Assembly: GCA_030390025.1 (NCBI GenBank) | Contig: CM059450.1 | Coordinates: forward strand, 1,302,001 to 1,366,000 | Reading direction: 5' to 3' | Length of the DNA: 64,000 bases | DNA from: Squalus acanthias | Lineage: Eukaryota | Part shown: piece after piece, positions 50,363-62,333 of the stretch | Numbering within the stretch: position 1 is the first letter of the stretch | How the letters are laid out: each line of letters starts with the position of its first letter | Notes under the pieces: model-generated | The model's input: only the letters and a program-made list of their open reading frames with translations | What the model was told of the DNA's origin: nothing | Databases searched by the model: none | Translations under genes and position numbers: made by a program

Positions 50363-52056
50363 CTGATCTTCCTGAGCGTGTCTGCCAACAACAACACTGG
50401 AAAGATCAGAAGTTTACTTTGTGGCGAATCCTTGGCTCTAACCTGTGTTCTATGGAGGTCCAAGATGACACTGTTGATTTTTGTATAACTGAAGCAATGC
50501 ATTTTAGGTAGAACAAACATATAGGGTGTAAAAGTCTAATACCACATTCCAGTTCTTAAATGCTTAAAGTGAGCAGCCTTAAGAAACACTTATTGCAAAA
50601 TCTTAACACCCAAATACTTTTTTTCACTTTTTAAAACAGGAGGAAATTTACCCAATTTGTAGTTTTCTGTGCAAATCTTGGCCCTAAATTTTATTTTTCT
50701 GGGCTGAATGAAGCATCATAATTTTGTGTAAATTTATAAATCGAAAATGATGCTGTTTTCTCAAATACTTGTCCATTTCACAATTGTTTTAATCCCTTGA
50801 AGTATTAAACTTGTTTTGTTAATTATTTGTAAATCGGCCATGCCCAACAGAGGTATGATCAATTTAAGTTTCTTGTGATTGTGACCAATTATTAGCGATC
50901 TGATTTGATGTCAGTCCCTTTGCCACCTGTCTCCACATAGCGAGCCTTCGGCTGTGACACACGAGTTCAAGTGTTTGTGATTTAATCCCTGTGCTATCTG
51001 GTTGTGAAGCCAACTCTATTAATGTCATGTCACTGGCAGTCCAGCGTTTTGTACTGTGGCAAATACTTTCCATTCAGTCGGCTTATCTTCACGTTGATAA
51101 ATAGAAGAAAAAATATATCTTGGATGTTGCCTCGAAGCGTTCAAGCACGGGCTTGATGCCTGCTGTTACCCTGCACGGTTCCCCAGGCTCAGCCACGCCA
51201 AGTGGAGTGAGTGGTTCCCTCCAGAGTAGAACAGCATGTCAACTGCTTCTTCAGGTGACCATCCCTGGAGCAGGGGAGTTGCCTGCCTCTCCTAGTAGGT
51301 GTGAGTGTGTGGATATGAAGGCAGATAGGGGAGGGGAATAATCTTAATAGAGGAAACTAATTGGCAGCAAATATCCTTTATGTACTGCAGAAGTATTTTT
51401 CTAATTTTATATTTATGAAATGTTTTCAACTGCACAGTGTTTCAGGAACCTTTAGCACAAGCATGTTTGAATGTATTATTAGCCTTTAAGACTGTTCTTG
51501 TTAAAGCATGTGGATAATTGATGTTGGCTAACATTGTCACTGATGGCTGAGGGGGAAGGTTTGTCTCAAGTGAAAGAGAAGCACGGGGACATTAGATTTT
51601 ACAGAAATTGCAGGGTGCTAAACGCTGGGGCAGAGGAGGCTGGGGTGAGAGGCTCTTAAATCCTTAAAGTGCTCATTTCTCTATAATGTACATTGTACGT
51701 TAAAATGTATGATAAATACGTGACTCGCTATAAGCAATTCTTTTGGGAACACTTTTGACTCGATGCTCATTCATGAGGGTATTAGAAAAAAATGAATAAC
51801 TTGATAAAACTGACAACCACCTCTGAAATTCTGGGTTTACTTTATAGAGAGGAAAGGGTGAGAGCATGAAGTTCTTTGACAGTACAGCAGTGTGAGTCTC
51901 CTTCATCAGCTGCACTCCACAATGTAAACATCCCAATCTTTCTTGAACTACCAGCCTCATGTTGCCATGAAAATGTGGGCCTATGAATCTGTTGTCTGAT
52001 TAAAGCCTCCACTTGGAGTAAAGAAAAGGAGACCTGGTCCCATTGTTTGCTCTGTT

Positions 52057-52685
52057 ACATAGGAACAGGAGGAGGCCATTCAGCCTCTCGAGTCTGCTCC
52101 ACCATTCAATTAGATTATGGCTGATCTGTACCTCAACTCCATTTTCCTGCCTTTGTTCAATATCCTTTGATATCCTTACCTAACAAAAGTCGATATAAAA
52201 TGACTTGAAAATTTCAGTTGACCCAACATCCATCCGCAGCCATATGGGGGAGTGAGTTTCAGATTTCCTCTACCTATTGTATGAAAAAGTGTTTCCTGAT
52301 TTTGCTCCTAAATGACCTAGCTCTAATTTTAAAATTATGCAAGAAATAGTTTTTCTCTCTACTCTATCGAATCCTTTTATCATTTTAAACAACTCAATTT
52401 GATTGTCCCTTAACTTTCTAAACTCGAGGGAATACATGCCAAATTAATGTAACTTGTCCTCATAATTTAACCCTTTAAGCCCCGGTATCATGCTGGTGAA
52501 TCTGCGCTGCTCCCCCTCCAAGGCCAATATATCCTTCCTGAGGTGCGGGGCCCAGAACTGAACGCAGTTACTCCAGATGGGGTCTGACCAAGGCTCTATA
52601 CAACTGAAGCATCACTTCCTCACTTTTGAATTCCAATCCCCTTGAGATAAAGGCTAACATTCCATTAGCCTTTTTAATTACTGTT
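52057..52685 (-). mobile_element. CR1 3' fragment
   Basis: ACATAGGAACAGGAGGAGGCCATTCAGCC tail; degenerate C-terminal RT region (CCCCAGAACTGAAC..TACTCCAG). Confidence 0.85.
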
Positions 52686-53210
52686 TGTTGATTTCTATTA
52701 TACAGCACAGCCAAGTTTGACGACCAAGCCCGACTCCCAGTGCAGACTGTAAAAGGGGGCGTAGCCCACAGAGAAAAAGAAACCGAGTAAATGGAAAAAC
52801 ACCTTTACATTTCCTCAAGTTCTTGTTTCAATTTCACACCCTGTTTCCTGACCAAGAGGGCTTGGCTATGATGCCCTCCACAATTGAATAGTGATTAGGT
52901 GGCTCACCTAGCTGAAGAGTATTGGGACTGCCAGGTTATATCTTGTAACTCTGTGGCCCAGCCCTCTATTGACTGTGCAGCTGGATGCACAGAAATAGCA
53001 ACTGCCTCCAAAATGGCAGTATGATTTAGTAGGAAATATGGTCTGAAAAGGACGTATTGCATATTTTGAAACAAACACTTGCTTTCAAACTATGAAAGAT
53101 TTCTGGTGGAGATTTGGGTACTCTGGAATTCTTGTGACAAACCTTGCCTTAATTAGCCCCTGCATGTTGGAATTGCAGTAATGAGAGTGTTTCTGTGTGC
53201 ATCTCTGCAG

Positions 53211-53250
53211 TGTGGTTTACCAGGATGGATTTTATGGTGCCGATCTCTAT
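53211..53250 (+). CDS. RBFOX2: B40 exon (VVYQDGFYGADLY), brain/non-muscle mutually exclusive exon
   Basis: Exactly 40 nt, ctgcAG / GTAAGT, phase 2/0; TGCATG at 53161-66. Confidence 0.96.
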
Positions 53251-54040
53251 GTAAGTATAAACACTATTTTACATTGTCTCCCTTCTGTTGATGAAGCCAT
53301 TCTTTAAACCAGTATGCTAATACTTCCTCCAGCTGTGTATTTTTTCCACATCTGGCATGTGTTAATTTCTTGTTACCTGGTCTCATTGTCCAGTTATGTA
53401 AATTTGAGACACCAGTCCCCTCAGTTGTGTAGTCTGTTTAAGCTTTGTCAACAGAAAAGTCATGCTCATTTGCTGCTATTTACAGTATACAGTGTCCTGA
53501 ACCTTTCAAGCGTTACACACTGGAGGGAATGGAGTTTCTTTTGGGATATCATGCAAAAGCAATGATGTCAAAAAGAATGTATTGAGTAAAGTTGACCTTT
53601 GCTGCACGGATTCTGGGCTGTAAGGAAAACCTTGATGAAACAGTTGTTAAGGCTTGTAGTATTGCTCACCAACTCTTTTGTCCTTTTAATTTTTATTTTA
53701 AATTGAGCTGAAATGTTTTCTGAGGAATGCTGGTGTATGGTGTGTGCATTGACTTTGAAATCAAATCCATCACCTTTGATCTGTAAATGGAAACTGAAGA
53801 CAGTTGGCAAAAGAAATGTAGACAGGTGCTGAGAGTAAATTTAACGAGTGTTCAATCATTTCAATGTGTGTAGTTGTACAGCCTGTGAATGTCTCTTGTT
53901 TAATAAATCTAGTGTTAAAGGTTCATCAGTGTAAAGCATCCTCCAATAATAGAATGGCTTTATCCAAGGAGGGTCTGTCTCTTTTCAGTTGTTTCTTTTC
54001 CAGCCTCGTCGCCAATGTTCTTCCCTGTGTTTTGTTATAG

Positions 54041-54083
54041 AATAGTGTATCAGGAACCAGTGTATAGCAGTAAGTTACCGCAG
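54041..54083 (+). CDS. RBFOX2: M43 exon (IVYQEPVYSSKLPQ), muscle-type mutually exclusive exon
   Basis: Exactly 43 nt, tgttatAG / CAG|GTATGA, phase 2/0; xVxQEP...K..Q pattern as recalled for mammalian M43. Confidence 0.92.
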
Positions 54084-55569
54084 GTATGATAGAAACGTGT
54101 GAAGAGACCAATCGCACAGATTGTGGATTGCAGTGAAAAATCCTACTAACAGCCAAGACTGCAGTTAGGGATGGGAGCAGGCACCAAATGGAGATAAAAC
54201 ATTCCTGCAGCGTGCACTGATTTCAGCATGAGATTAACACAAACTTGAAAAAAAAAAATTCCTACTACTGAATATAATTGGTAGGTTTATAGTGTGGGGT
54301 TGTGTCTGTTACCGACTCAACACATTTCACTTTGAATCATTAAAAGAGCTGTGAAGGAGAGGGTCTCATTCTGTCAGTCTGATTAAAGGTTAGTGTAACC
54401 GTGCAATGCCAAGGGAAATTACTTTCATCTCATCTGTTGGTGGAATGGGGATCTGGATATCCAAGGTGAAAGAACAGTGTTCTACCATAGCTTGGCACGC
54501 AAGACGATCGCCTCATTTAGTCAGCATGAGTAGGAGATTTTTTTAAATCTCTTTTTTTGGAAGAAAACCTCAGCCACACCCCATTCCATGACCACGAGGT
54601 CAATAAGAAAGTGACTTGTTTTCTTCCAGACTTCTGGCAACCCCCCTGGGATCCTGTGCAGTAGGTCCAGGGTGACTCGCCCTTCAACCTTTTTCCCCTT
54701 TCTCGCCTGGTTGCAGACGTGAATGGCTGTTTAAATGCTACCCAAAAGCCATGTCAGTAGACTGCTGACAGACTGGAATATCAGGGTCTCCGATAGTCAC
54801 AGAAAACAGAGAATTATAATCGCCTTGTTTACAGTGGGGCTTGGAAGAAATCTTTAAGGACACATGTCTGTAATAAGAGAGATGAAAGAGGTGATAAAAA
54901 TTCTCCTTTTAAGAGTGGAAGCAATATCAGTGGGAAATGTGAAACCAGCCTGCAGTACATTAATCATGCAGGAGCGTGTAGATAAAACCTAATGGGATCC
55001 AAGCATTGAATTCCAATGAACCAAGTCACTTTCATTCACTCCAGTGCATCATGGCATAAACACACCATCCTTTCCCATTAATTCTTGTTTCACTGCACTA
55101 GACGCCAAGTCTCAATTCAGTGGCTAACTTCAGCAGATGTTTAGCTATTTCTTGTTAATATACAATAAATATTTAAATGCAGTTCAGGTAGAATTGTTGC
55201 TATCTGATCAGTCTTCATACGCAGCCTGTGTAAGGAATGTTCAAGGCCACTGATTTGCTGTTTTCATGGAGATGCAATTGCAGAATGTAATCTCCAAAAC
55301 ACTGGTAAAAATTCCAGAATCTGATCTAATAAAAACAGAATTTGATTTATTGATGTAGAACAGTGGCCCTGGTAATGATACAGACAGGTCTGAATTGTTA
55401 CATATTTTACAGTTATATATGTGGATTAAAAAAATCCCTTAATTCTGCCACTTTTCTCTTGGAGGTGGATGGGCGGGACAGTCCATCCCACTGACACCTG
55501 CACAGCCATCACCAATACCACTCTGTGTTTGGTAGTCGAAGGGGGTGCTTTTTCCCCCAGTTCTCTCTC

Positions 55570-55950
55570 TCCTTTGAAGGTGCTGACTGTTGCTGGGGTA
55601 TGGTTATGACGAGCATTCAGTACCACACCCAAGTGGCTTTTCTTCATGTGTGAATCTAGACCGTAAGCATCAGCAGGCTATTCAGCTATGGAGGGCACTC
55701 CAACTGAGCCAGATCCTGCTTTCTCTCGCGCGCACACTTCCAATGGGGTCACTGCACAACGAACAGGAGCAATAGCCCCAGTTGATTTTCTCTCCCTAGT
55801 CCAGGGGCATTCTGGAAGTTTATAGTTTCCCAACTGCTACCCCACCTGAGGTCCCTTAACGCAGCACCGACTGGAAAATCGAGCTGGGACCTTCTGATGT
55901 GTGGTTCAGTTACACACCATTTACCCAGTGAGGCATCGAGGCGCTGCTCC
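55570..55950 (-). mobile_element. Old unclassified SINE-like family (related copies approx. 11060-11370+, 26060-26390+, 31410-31770+, 36480-36820-, 39300-39600-, 44335-44730-)
   Basis: Recurring motifs such as CCCAAGTGGC..TCTTCATGTGTGA..CTAGAC..CAGCAGGCTATT and a tRNA-like head. Confidence 0.55.
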
Positions 55951-55968
55951 CACACTTTATATAGAATA

Positions 55969-56250
55969 GCAACACGGTGACATAGTGGTTAGCACTGGTA
56001 CCTCACAGCGCCAGGGACCCGGGTTCGAATCTGGCCTCGGGTGACTGTCTGTGTGGAGTTTGCACATTCTCCCCGTGTCTGCGTGGGTTTCCTCCGGGTG
56101 CTCTGGTTTCCTCCCACAGTCCAAAAATGTGCAGGTTAGGTTGATTTGGCTATGATAAATTGACCCTTAGTGTTAGGGGGGAATTAAATACGTGGGGTTA
56201 CGGGGATAGGGTGGGATATGTGTCGGTGCAGGCTCGATGGGGATTCTGTG
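55969..56250 (+). mobile_element. HE1-type tRNA-derived V-SINE
   Basis: Box A (TGACATAGTGG), box B (GGTTCGAATC) and V-core TGTGGAGTTTGCACATTCTCCCCGTGTCTGCGTGGGTTTCCTCCGGG. Confidence 0.92.
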
Positions 56251-56690
56251 TGAGAAAGCAGGGACAGGGTACTGGATTTGGATGATCAGCCATGATCGTA
56301 TTGAATGGTGGAGCAGGCTCGACGGGCCGAATGGCCTACTCCTGCTCCTAGTTTCTATGTTTCTATAGTACAGTACCGAAGGAGGCTATTTGGCCCAGCG
56401 AGTCTGCGCCAGCTCTTTCGAAGAGCAATCCAGTTAGTCCCACTCTTTCCCCATATCCCTGCAATTTTTTCTCCTTCAAGTATTTATCCAATTCCCTTTT
56501 GAAGGCTACTATTGAATCTATATCCACCACCCTATCAGGCAGTGCATTCCAAATCCTAACCACTCGTTGCGTAAAAAAGGTTTCCCCCTCGTGTCGCCTC
56601 TGGTTCTTTTGCCAATCACTTTAAATCTGTGCCCTCTCGTTATCAACCTTTCAGCCATTGGAAACAGTTTCTCTTTATGTACTACTCCCC
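56251..56690. mobile_element. Tail-to-tail CR1 3' fragments (plus strand 56251-56365, minus strand 56366-56690)
   Basis: CR1 3' UTR on + directly abuts a minus-strand ORF2 end (RVVDIDSIVAFKRELDKYL). Confidence 0.85.
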
Positions 56691-58532
56691 TTGAAGTAAG
56701 AGCGGATATCTGGCAAGTGTAATACAGCACCGTTTTCTACCAGAGTGGCAAAACTTGCTCAGTGAATACAGCTGAGGCTGCTACTTGATCCCCTCCTCCT
56801 CTGATCACACACTACAGTTAGAATCTACTGTGGGATATACTTTCCAGTGGAACCTGCCACTCATAGGATTCACGTTAAAGATAAATTAAAACATTTTATA
56901 CAACATAATTGTGCAGGTGGGAGGATTTCATTAAAATTAGCTTTTTCCTGTTTTGCTGGTCAGTAATAAAACTTTGTGTTAAAAGAATCATTCCCAGCAG
57001 GCAGCTGCTACTTTAAGCAATCTGTTCTCCATAGATACCTGATAACTGTGCTATAGAGTTTGGTTAGTATCTCCGCTCCCACCTCTAACTGCAGCGAGAA
57101 CTTTTAATGTGGTTTGCTTGACGTGAACGTTAACCTCTTGGGTATGCGGGAGAGGCTGCAATGAGTGAATGGTGATCGTGAATGTTTATTATATTTTCAT
57201 ATATACATTTTTATATATATAATACTGAGAATCGTGGCTGCACGCTCTAGTAATCCAGGCTGTTTCCTTCACTCGGCTTGCCATAGCGAATAGGGCTGAG
57301 GGCCGTCCTTTGGAGAATGCTGGGACGGCCAGAGTTAGTCTGTGGATCATTTGGTTGGTGATTGCTAGTGCTGTAGATTCGGACATTCGCATGCTCCGAT
57401 TTCTCCTGATTGACAGATACCACAGCTTGACTGTTTAGAAAATAAAGACTCATTTGTACTTACATGCAATTTTTTTTTAAAAACTGCATTTGTTTTAATG
57501 TAATCTAACATACTTGGGCTACAGAGGCAATTACACATCAAATCAGTTTGGCAATGCTATTAAAAAAAAATTCTTCGCAGGGTTCAAAATCTGCTCTAGT
57601 TTTGCACATCTGTTAGAGATTTCCTGTTCATTAAACGGCATTTTCTCCCCACCCCCAATAGCTCTGTCGGTAAAGCCACATATACATGCTCTGTTTGTGC
57701 TGTTAGCTGATATCGGGTAGAATGGCAGTGAAGGCAACTACACTTGGCATACTGACACTCCCTGGCTCACTTCATTGAGGATTGACCAGTTGGGTGAGGT
57801 ACCGGAGGGATGCGCCAACCCTTGGAACTGTGCCCTGTGGAGAGATAGGGAAAGGGGGGGGGAGAATTGGAAATTTAAAACTGATCCTTTTCTCTTGATT
57901 TCTGCTTTACCTATTTGAATCCCAGTGGGATTGGCAACACTCAGTCTTCCTTCTCACCATCAGTCCATATTTTACTTGCTGGCTTAGCTGGTAGGAGGAG
58001 CTCATTTACCTGAAGGGTCTGCTTTACCTATAGTCCACTAAGAGGGGATCGAGGGCAACAGCCAGTGGCAAACAGTAGAGGTGCCAACCAGGACCAGTGT
58101 TCGTTTCACAATGGTGAGCGTGCAAGGTCAGCAGAGTCCCGAGTTACTTGCACAATGGTGAGTTGGGGGGGGGAAAGGCGCATGTCAGTGGGGACCCTGA
58201 GTGAAGGGGGCTGAGAACTAGGTTAGTTGCACAGCAGTGAGATGGTGGGCTGTCAACAAAGAGTCAGGCTAATTGCAGTTGGCAGCCTCTGTCTAAATCT
58301 TTGGACTTAACGCTTCGAGAATTAGATGGCCGGCTCCCACTAAAGACATTTTTATGCTATTCCACAAAACAAAAGCGAGTTTAAAATCTGCCGCGCGAAC
58401 AATGAATGGTGCGTGCATCAATTTTTACTTTAAAATTTGTAATATATGAAACAAATGCAGTTTTTGCCATTGCTTTGGTGTGAGGTGTGAGCATGGCACA
58501 GAATTCTTAGACATCTTCTTGTTTGTTCCCAG

Positions 58533-58597
58533 GGTGGATATGCAGCCTACAGGTATGCACAACCAGCAACTGCTACTGCAACTGCATACAGTGACAG
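58533..58597 (+). CDS. RBFOX2: RBFOX2 coding exon, 65 nt (GGYAAYRYAQPATATATAYSD-S)
   Basis: ttcccAG acceptor, CAG|GTAAGA donor, phase 0/2. Confidence 0.96.
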
Positions 58598-60099
58598 GTA
58601 AGAATCAGGCCTACCCATCTCTCACTCTTCTCACTGTCTGCTTCTGCAATGTTCATTTTAGCAGGAAAGGGTGTCTATTCTTTGTTTTGGTGGTGTGCTC
58701 TCTTTGCAGGGTGATTTCACCGTGCAGCTCCAGCCTACATTTGCTCACTGTGGACTTTCCAATAGAGGGGTTCTCTGCTCCGGAGCCATAAACAGCATGC
58801 ATCATTTCTGAGACTGAGATTTATCAAAGGTTGTTGTAATGTAGGCTGCGTTACTGAGAGTGCTTTGTATGGATTATCCATTAGTGATTGAACCGCCAAC
58901 ACTGCACATTATCCTGGAGACAGTGTCATTCTTCATCCGCCACATAACCACTAGAATGAAATGACTGTCAGATCGGAGACAAGGAAACAAAAAAAATCAG
59001 GAGGGATGAAGGTCCGTTTAAGATGTGTTATTTCTCTCAACGGTTTTCTGACAGTTTTTCTCCCCTACTTCCTCTTACTGCTCACTGGGATATGGTTTCA
59101 CAGGCAGCAGGCATTCCAATGCCTTTCTCAAGTAACCATTATTCATGCATGAGTCTTAATGGTGAGTATCCTGTGATGGGGCCTGTTTTGTGAACAAGTT
59201 AAAGAGCAGTTGGAAGGTTATAAATGCCGCTAGCAAAGCCTTGCATCTAGCCAGGAATGGCATCTTGAGATAGTCCTAGCCCCATCCACCCGCACGCCAG
59301 GCAGGCGGTATTATGTACTTTGGTGGCTTGTTCTGTGGCACCTGCATGTATCCAGGATCTGAAAATCTGAGCAAAGATCAAACCATGCAGGCAATAAAAA
59401 AATCCTCTTTTAGGTAGTCTTTCCCCAACACTCCAATAGCGACTTCTCCCTACTGCCCCACTGGGGTCACGGTGGATGACTGTCCAGCTTTCTGCACTAT
59501 TTAAGAGGAGATTGTGATATGCTTGGGTCAGAGAAACTTCACATGTTAATCCAGTCTACTTTGAGGTGAAAATCAAGAGAAGCATCTGTTAGGATTTCTT
59601 GGAAACCATCCTAGCTGCTGAGTTGGTTTGTTGGCTGCAGCAGCAACAGGAGAGCAGCCAGACAATGGGGAAGGAAAGTTTTTTTACTCGTGCTATTTTG
59701 TGGTCCTAGGGAACTTAACTGTTTCCACTATCCTGGACAGAGGATTTCTTAAGGCATTTCTCAAAAGGAGCACTTCAAGTCGTTTATATGCCACAAATTA
59801 CTTGGGCAGTTTGCCGGGTGATTGACTGGGTACAGTCAACCTCAAGGATCCCTTTCAGATTGTCTTTTAGCCAAGGCATAGACCTTATTATAGAAAGGTG
59901 CTGTTTTAAAAGGAAGCTTTCCATCACTTCTTGGCCTTCACGATTGTGAAAAATAATTTATTCTCACAATTACTGCTTGCGATTTTAGTCTGGTCCTTCG
60001 CACATTGATGTGCCTCTCCTGGAATAATATAAATTGCAACACATTCAGCCCCAGGTATCTCTGCTAATGCTAGCACTTTAACTGGAGCTGTGTGTTCTG

Positions 60100-60910
60100 A
60101 TCCCTTTCTCCAAATTCTTTCATATTCTTTCTTTTCAAATACTTATCCAATTCCCTTTTAAATGACTTTATGGTCTCTGCCCTAATAGCCCCTTGTAGTA
60201 CTATATTCCATGTTCTATAACCCTGTGGGGGGGGGGGGGGGGGGGGGGGGGGAGAAAGAAAACCTTCTAAACCTTTCCCCCCCCCCCCTCTGTCACATTA
60301 CAACAGTGACTACACTTCAAAAAGTACTTCATTGACTGTAAAGTGCTTTGAGACATCCGGTGGTCGTGAAAGGTGCTATATAAATGCAGGTCTTTCTTTC
60401 TTTCTTTTCATGATATTCCTCAGTTTATGCCTCTTTGTTACTGATTTGCCAACCAGAGCAAATATTCTTTCACTATTTAACCTCTCAAATCTTTCATACT
60501 TTGAAACCTCTATAATTCCCCCTTAATCATCATCGTTCTAGTGGAAAAAGCTCTAATTTTTTGAGCCTTGCTTTATAATAAACTTTCATTCCTGATATTC
60601 TGGTTAATCTTTACTGTATCCTTTCAATGATTCTATCCATCCTATATTGGGGTGCCCAGAAATGCATACAGTGCACCAACTGTAGCCTAACCAATGTCTT
60701 GTACAAATTCAACAACAACTCGCATTTATATAGCGTGTTTAATGTAGAAAAACCTACCGAGGCACTTCACAGAAATATAATCAGACAAAAAAATTTAACA
60801 TCACTTCCTTGTTTTTATATTCAATGCAAACACACCTATAAATAAAATCCAAAATCCTATTTGCTTTTTTTATGGCGTTTTCTACTTGTACTCCCACGTT
60901 TAAAGATCTC
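60100..60910. mobile_element. Degenerate minus-strand CR1 3' region with a G26/C12 tract and a nested DeuSINE tail (60295-60400)
   Basis: GGTGCCCAGAA..ACAGTGCACCAAC RT remnant; ACATTACAACAGTGACTACACTTCAAAAAGTACTTCATTG DeuSINE 3' end. Confidence 0.7.
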
Positions 60911-62333
60911 CGTTCATGTGGCTCAAATTTCTAGAGTGAAAAAGTATATGATGCCAAATTGGTTTAAGCTAAGAGTGAATGAGTTGCAGGCACTGATGGT
61001 GAAACAACCCGACCTGATTTGGTGCAACTATAAAAGTGAACTCCATTTTTATCTTGGGTTTCTTTCCCCAATTCTAACTCTTTACCTGCCACCTCGGATT
61101 TCTGAGGTGAAACACAGTTTTGACTATGGAAGCCTGTATAACTTTTTGTTATCTGCATATGTGCGCCAAAATCTTGCTAATTCTTTGTAATCTGTCTTTA
61201 GATAGTAGGAAAAGCCATCTCCATACAGAAACTATCTAAGTGAATGGTGCAATGTATTCTTTACTGTTACCATCTTGCAGGTAGAAAACCTTCCAGTTTG
61301 GTCAAGAGCTATTCTATGAGTTCAGCTGTGACTTGGGTACATTTCAAACGAGTCTTGGTTGAAAGTATTTATAAAGCAATTGCTTGAAGTAACTTGCATA
61401 CCTTTACAAAGCACCATTGTTTGGACCTGTCTGTCAAGGATGATTTACAGCTTAGCAGGTCACTGCTGGCTGCAGGCATTAATCCAGGCCTAAAGGCCTC
61501 CCTCAGTTGAGTTGCTACTGGCTCACTTTTCAGTGATATGTGGAGATTCAATATGTGAAGAAAGACAGATTACCTATCCAGAAGAGTCATGTCATATTCT
61601 TTGAAGCTTTCACATAGAACGAACCCACCCTGTCGTCTCCATCGGCTCTTTTTTGGAGGGGGTTCCTTACTGTGTTGCCTGGCTAGCCATCTCCTTGGAT
61701 TCATTGTGCAGTATGCACATGGCATTATAGAGTTTGGGAGGATGATGTCTTAATGTCATTGCACCATGGATTTAAATGCTTCAAATTATTTTCCTTGTAC
61801 CTGCACTGATGCATTGGTTCAATCTTAATGGTATGTGGCGGATGCTCTAGATTCCAAGAATGAAGGCGACTTTTCACCGGGATGTGTCAGTCTAACAGTG
61901 GCTCAATTGGACTGATTACTTGTGGGGGAGAGAAGAATTTTCTCTCTTGATGGTGACCCGAGCTGAATTTAATAGGCATTCGTGCCATCTGGGATCTCAC
62001 TAAGTAGTCATTCTTCATGGATAGCCTGTCAGCAGGCTTTTCTACTGTGAGGCATCAAACCTGTGCCCAGTCTCCTCCTCAGTCAGTATTTACGCCTTCC
62101 AGCAAGCTTGCTGGATCGCAGTCAAGAGTAGGAACTTTGCCTGAATTTCCTGCCAAGACAGAGTGCTGAGACCAATTGTAGAATGCTCCACCACTGCTCT
62201 TTGATGAGAGCTAACATTAGCACCAAATGAAGAGGGAACCTGGGATCTTGCTGTTTTTTATTTTTGGTTCGGTACTGCCGAGGCAATGCATTTCTGCTTT
62301 TATATTTCAAATAAATTTGTTGTCCTTTTGCAG

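Noticed and set aside
49813-50520. 235-, 144- and 129-aa minus-strand ORFs
   Set aside because: Artefacts of a stop-free 34-bp tandem unit read in three frames.
57255-57428. H/ACA snoRNA or telomerase-RNA-like domain
   Set aside because: Stems and a terminal ACA exist, but no proper ANANNA hinge, template or pseudoknot could be identified.
57247-57453. SPIRY-GK as an amidated RYamide neuropeptide
   Set aside because: Single Lys followed by Pro is a poor cleavage site; no signal-peptide exon or family match was found.
54084-58532. Ortholog of the mammalian RBFOX2 32-nt exon
   Set aside because: No convincing match; the acceptor at 57580 shares only a few bases and has a weak donor.
58749-58964. 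Minus-strand exon of a nested gene
   Set aside because: Acceptor- and donor-like sites exist, but all three frames from the acceptor hit stops; the region is better explained as the duplex arm.
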